Both the position numbers and the translations under genes were made by a program. Positions 62,617 through 64,000 of a stretch of 64,000 nucleotides of DNA are shown here, piece after piece. The stretch lies in contig NC_086097.1 of NCBI RefSeq assembly GCF_963921235.1, forward strand, positions 240,314,001 through 240,378,000, read 5' to 3'. The stretch is from Mobula hypostoma (Eukaryota). Numbering within the stretch: the first letter of the stretch is position 1; each line of letters starts with the position of its first letter. The notes under the pieces were generated by a model. The model did no database searches. It saw only the letters and a program-made list of their open reading frames with translations, and had not been told where the DNA came from.

Positions 62617-64000
62617 AGAAACATAGAAACATAGAAACATAGAAAATAGGTGCAGGAGTAGGCCATTCGGCCCTTCGAGCCTGCACCGCCACTTCTTATG
62701 ATCATGGCTGATCATCCAACTCAGAACCCCGCCCCAGCCTTCCCTCCATACCCCCTGACCCCCGTAGCCACAAGGGTCATATCTAACTCCCTCTTAAATA
62801 CAGCCAATGAACTGGCCTCAATAGTTTCCTGTGGCAGAGAATTCCACAGATTCACCACTCTCTGTGTGAAGAAGTTTTTCCTAATCTCGGTCCTAAAAGG
62901 CTTCCCCTCTATCCTCAAACGGTGGCCCCTCGTTCTGGACTTCCCCAACATCAGGAACAATCTTCCTGCATCTAGCCTGTCCAATCCCTTTAGGATCTTA
63001 TACGTTTCAATCAGATCCCCCCTCAATCTTCTAAATTCCAACGAATACAAGCCCAGTTCATCCAGTCTTTCTTCATATGAAAGTCCTGCCATCCCAGGAA
63101 TCAATCTGGTGAACCTTCTTTGTACTCCCTCTATGGCAAAGATGTCTTTCCTCAGATTAGGGGACCAAAACTGCACACAATACTCCAGGTGTGGTCTCAC
63201 CAAGGCCTTGTACAACTGCAGTAGTACCTCCCTGCTCCTGTACTCGAATCCTCTCGCTATAAGTGCCAGCATACCATTCGCCTTTCTCACCGCCTGCTGT
63301 ACCTGCATGCCCACTTTCAATGACTGGTGTATAATGACACCCAGGTCTCGTTGCACCTCCCCTTTTCCTAATCGGCCACCATTCAGATAATAATCTGTTT
63401 TCCTATTTTTGCCACCAAAGTGGATAACTTCACATTTATCCACATTAAATTGCATCTGCCATGAATTTGCCCACTCACCCAACCTATCCAAGTCACCCTG
63501 CATCCTCTTAGCATCCTCCTCACTGCTAACACTGCCACCCAGCTTCGTGTCATCCGCAAACTTGGAGATGCTGCATTTAATTCCCTCATCCAAGTCATTA
63601 ATATATATTGTAAACAACTGGGGTCCCAGCACTGAGCCTTGCGGTACCCCACTAGTCACCGCCTGCCATTCTGAAAAGGTCCCGTTTATTCCCACTCTTT
63701 GCTTCCTGTCTGCTAACCAATTCTCTACCCACACCAATACCTTACCCCCAATACCGTGTGCTTTAAGTTTGCACACTAATCTCCTGTGTGGGACCTTGTC
63801 AAAAGCTTTTTGAAAATCCAAATATACCACATCCACTGGTTCTCCCCTATCCACTCTACTGGTTACATCCTCAAAAAATTCTATGAGATTCGTTAGACAT
63901 GATTTTCCTTTCACAAATCCATGCTGACTTTGTCTGATCATTTCACCGCTTTCCAAATGTGCTGTTATCACATCCTTGATAACTGACTCCAGCAGTTTCC
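62617..64000 (-). mobile_element. Young CR1 LINE (runs off window end), inserted in an older + strand CR1 (~62340-62616)
   Basis: ORF 62721-63971 RT with FADD, few substitutions versus the 47-kb copy; (atagaaac)n tail. Confidence 0.95.

Noticed and set aside
62698..63813. Plus-strand ORFs (also 47305-48414, 51024-52133)
   Set aside because: Antisense shadows of the CR1 RT frame
1..64000. CRISPR arrays, operons, rRNA or prokaryotic defence systems
   Set aside because: No regularly spaced repeats or gene-dense organisation; the sequence is a vertebrate repeat landscape

Overview
Eukaryotic, repeat-saturated non-coding DNA (intron or intergenic). The repeat repertoire (HE1-like V-SINEs, CR1 LINEs with octamer tails, Rex1/Babar, Penelope) points to a cartilaginous fish, probably a ray (inference). 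I could not identify any host protein-coding gene, and all long ORFs are transposon-derived. Main contents: (1) many CR1 LINEs, including a cluster of near-identical young copies, two of which form a ~700-bp inverted repeat; (2) Penelope-like retroelements (RT + GIY-YIG) whose terminal repeat carries a minimal hammerhead ribozyme, plus short non-autonomous derivatives, some arranged as hairpins; (3) an internally deleted Academ(X)-like DNA transposon (XPG/FEN1-like nuclease + Cys-rich domain, ~130-bp TAG..CTA TIRs, TAA TSD) and a second truncated copy; (4) Tigger, mariner, Tc1 and hAT elements/MITEs, Gypsy and solo-LTR pieces, RTE fragments and a CORE-SINE; (5) a few unique islands with candidate enhancers, weak exon candidates and a pre-miRNA-like hairpin. 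Family names come from recognising motifs by eye, not from database searches. Boundaries of degraded copies are approximate.
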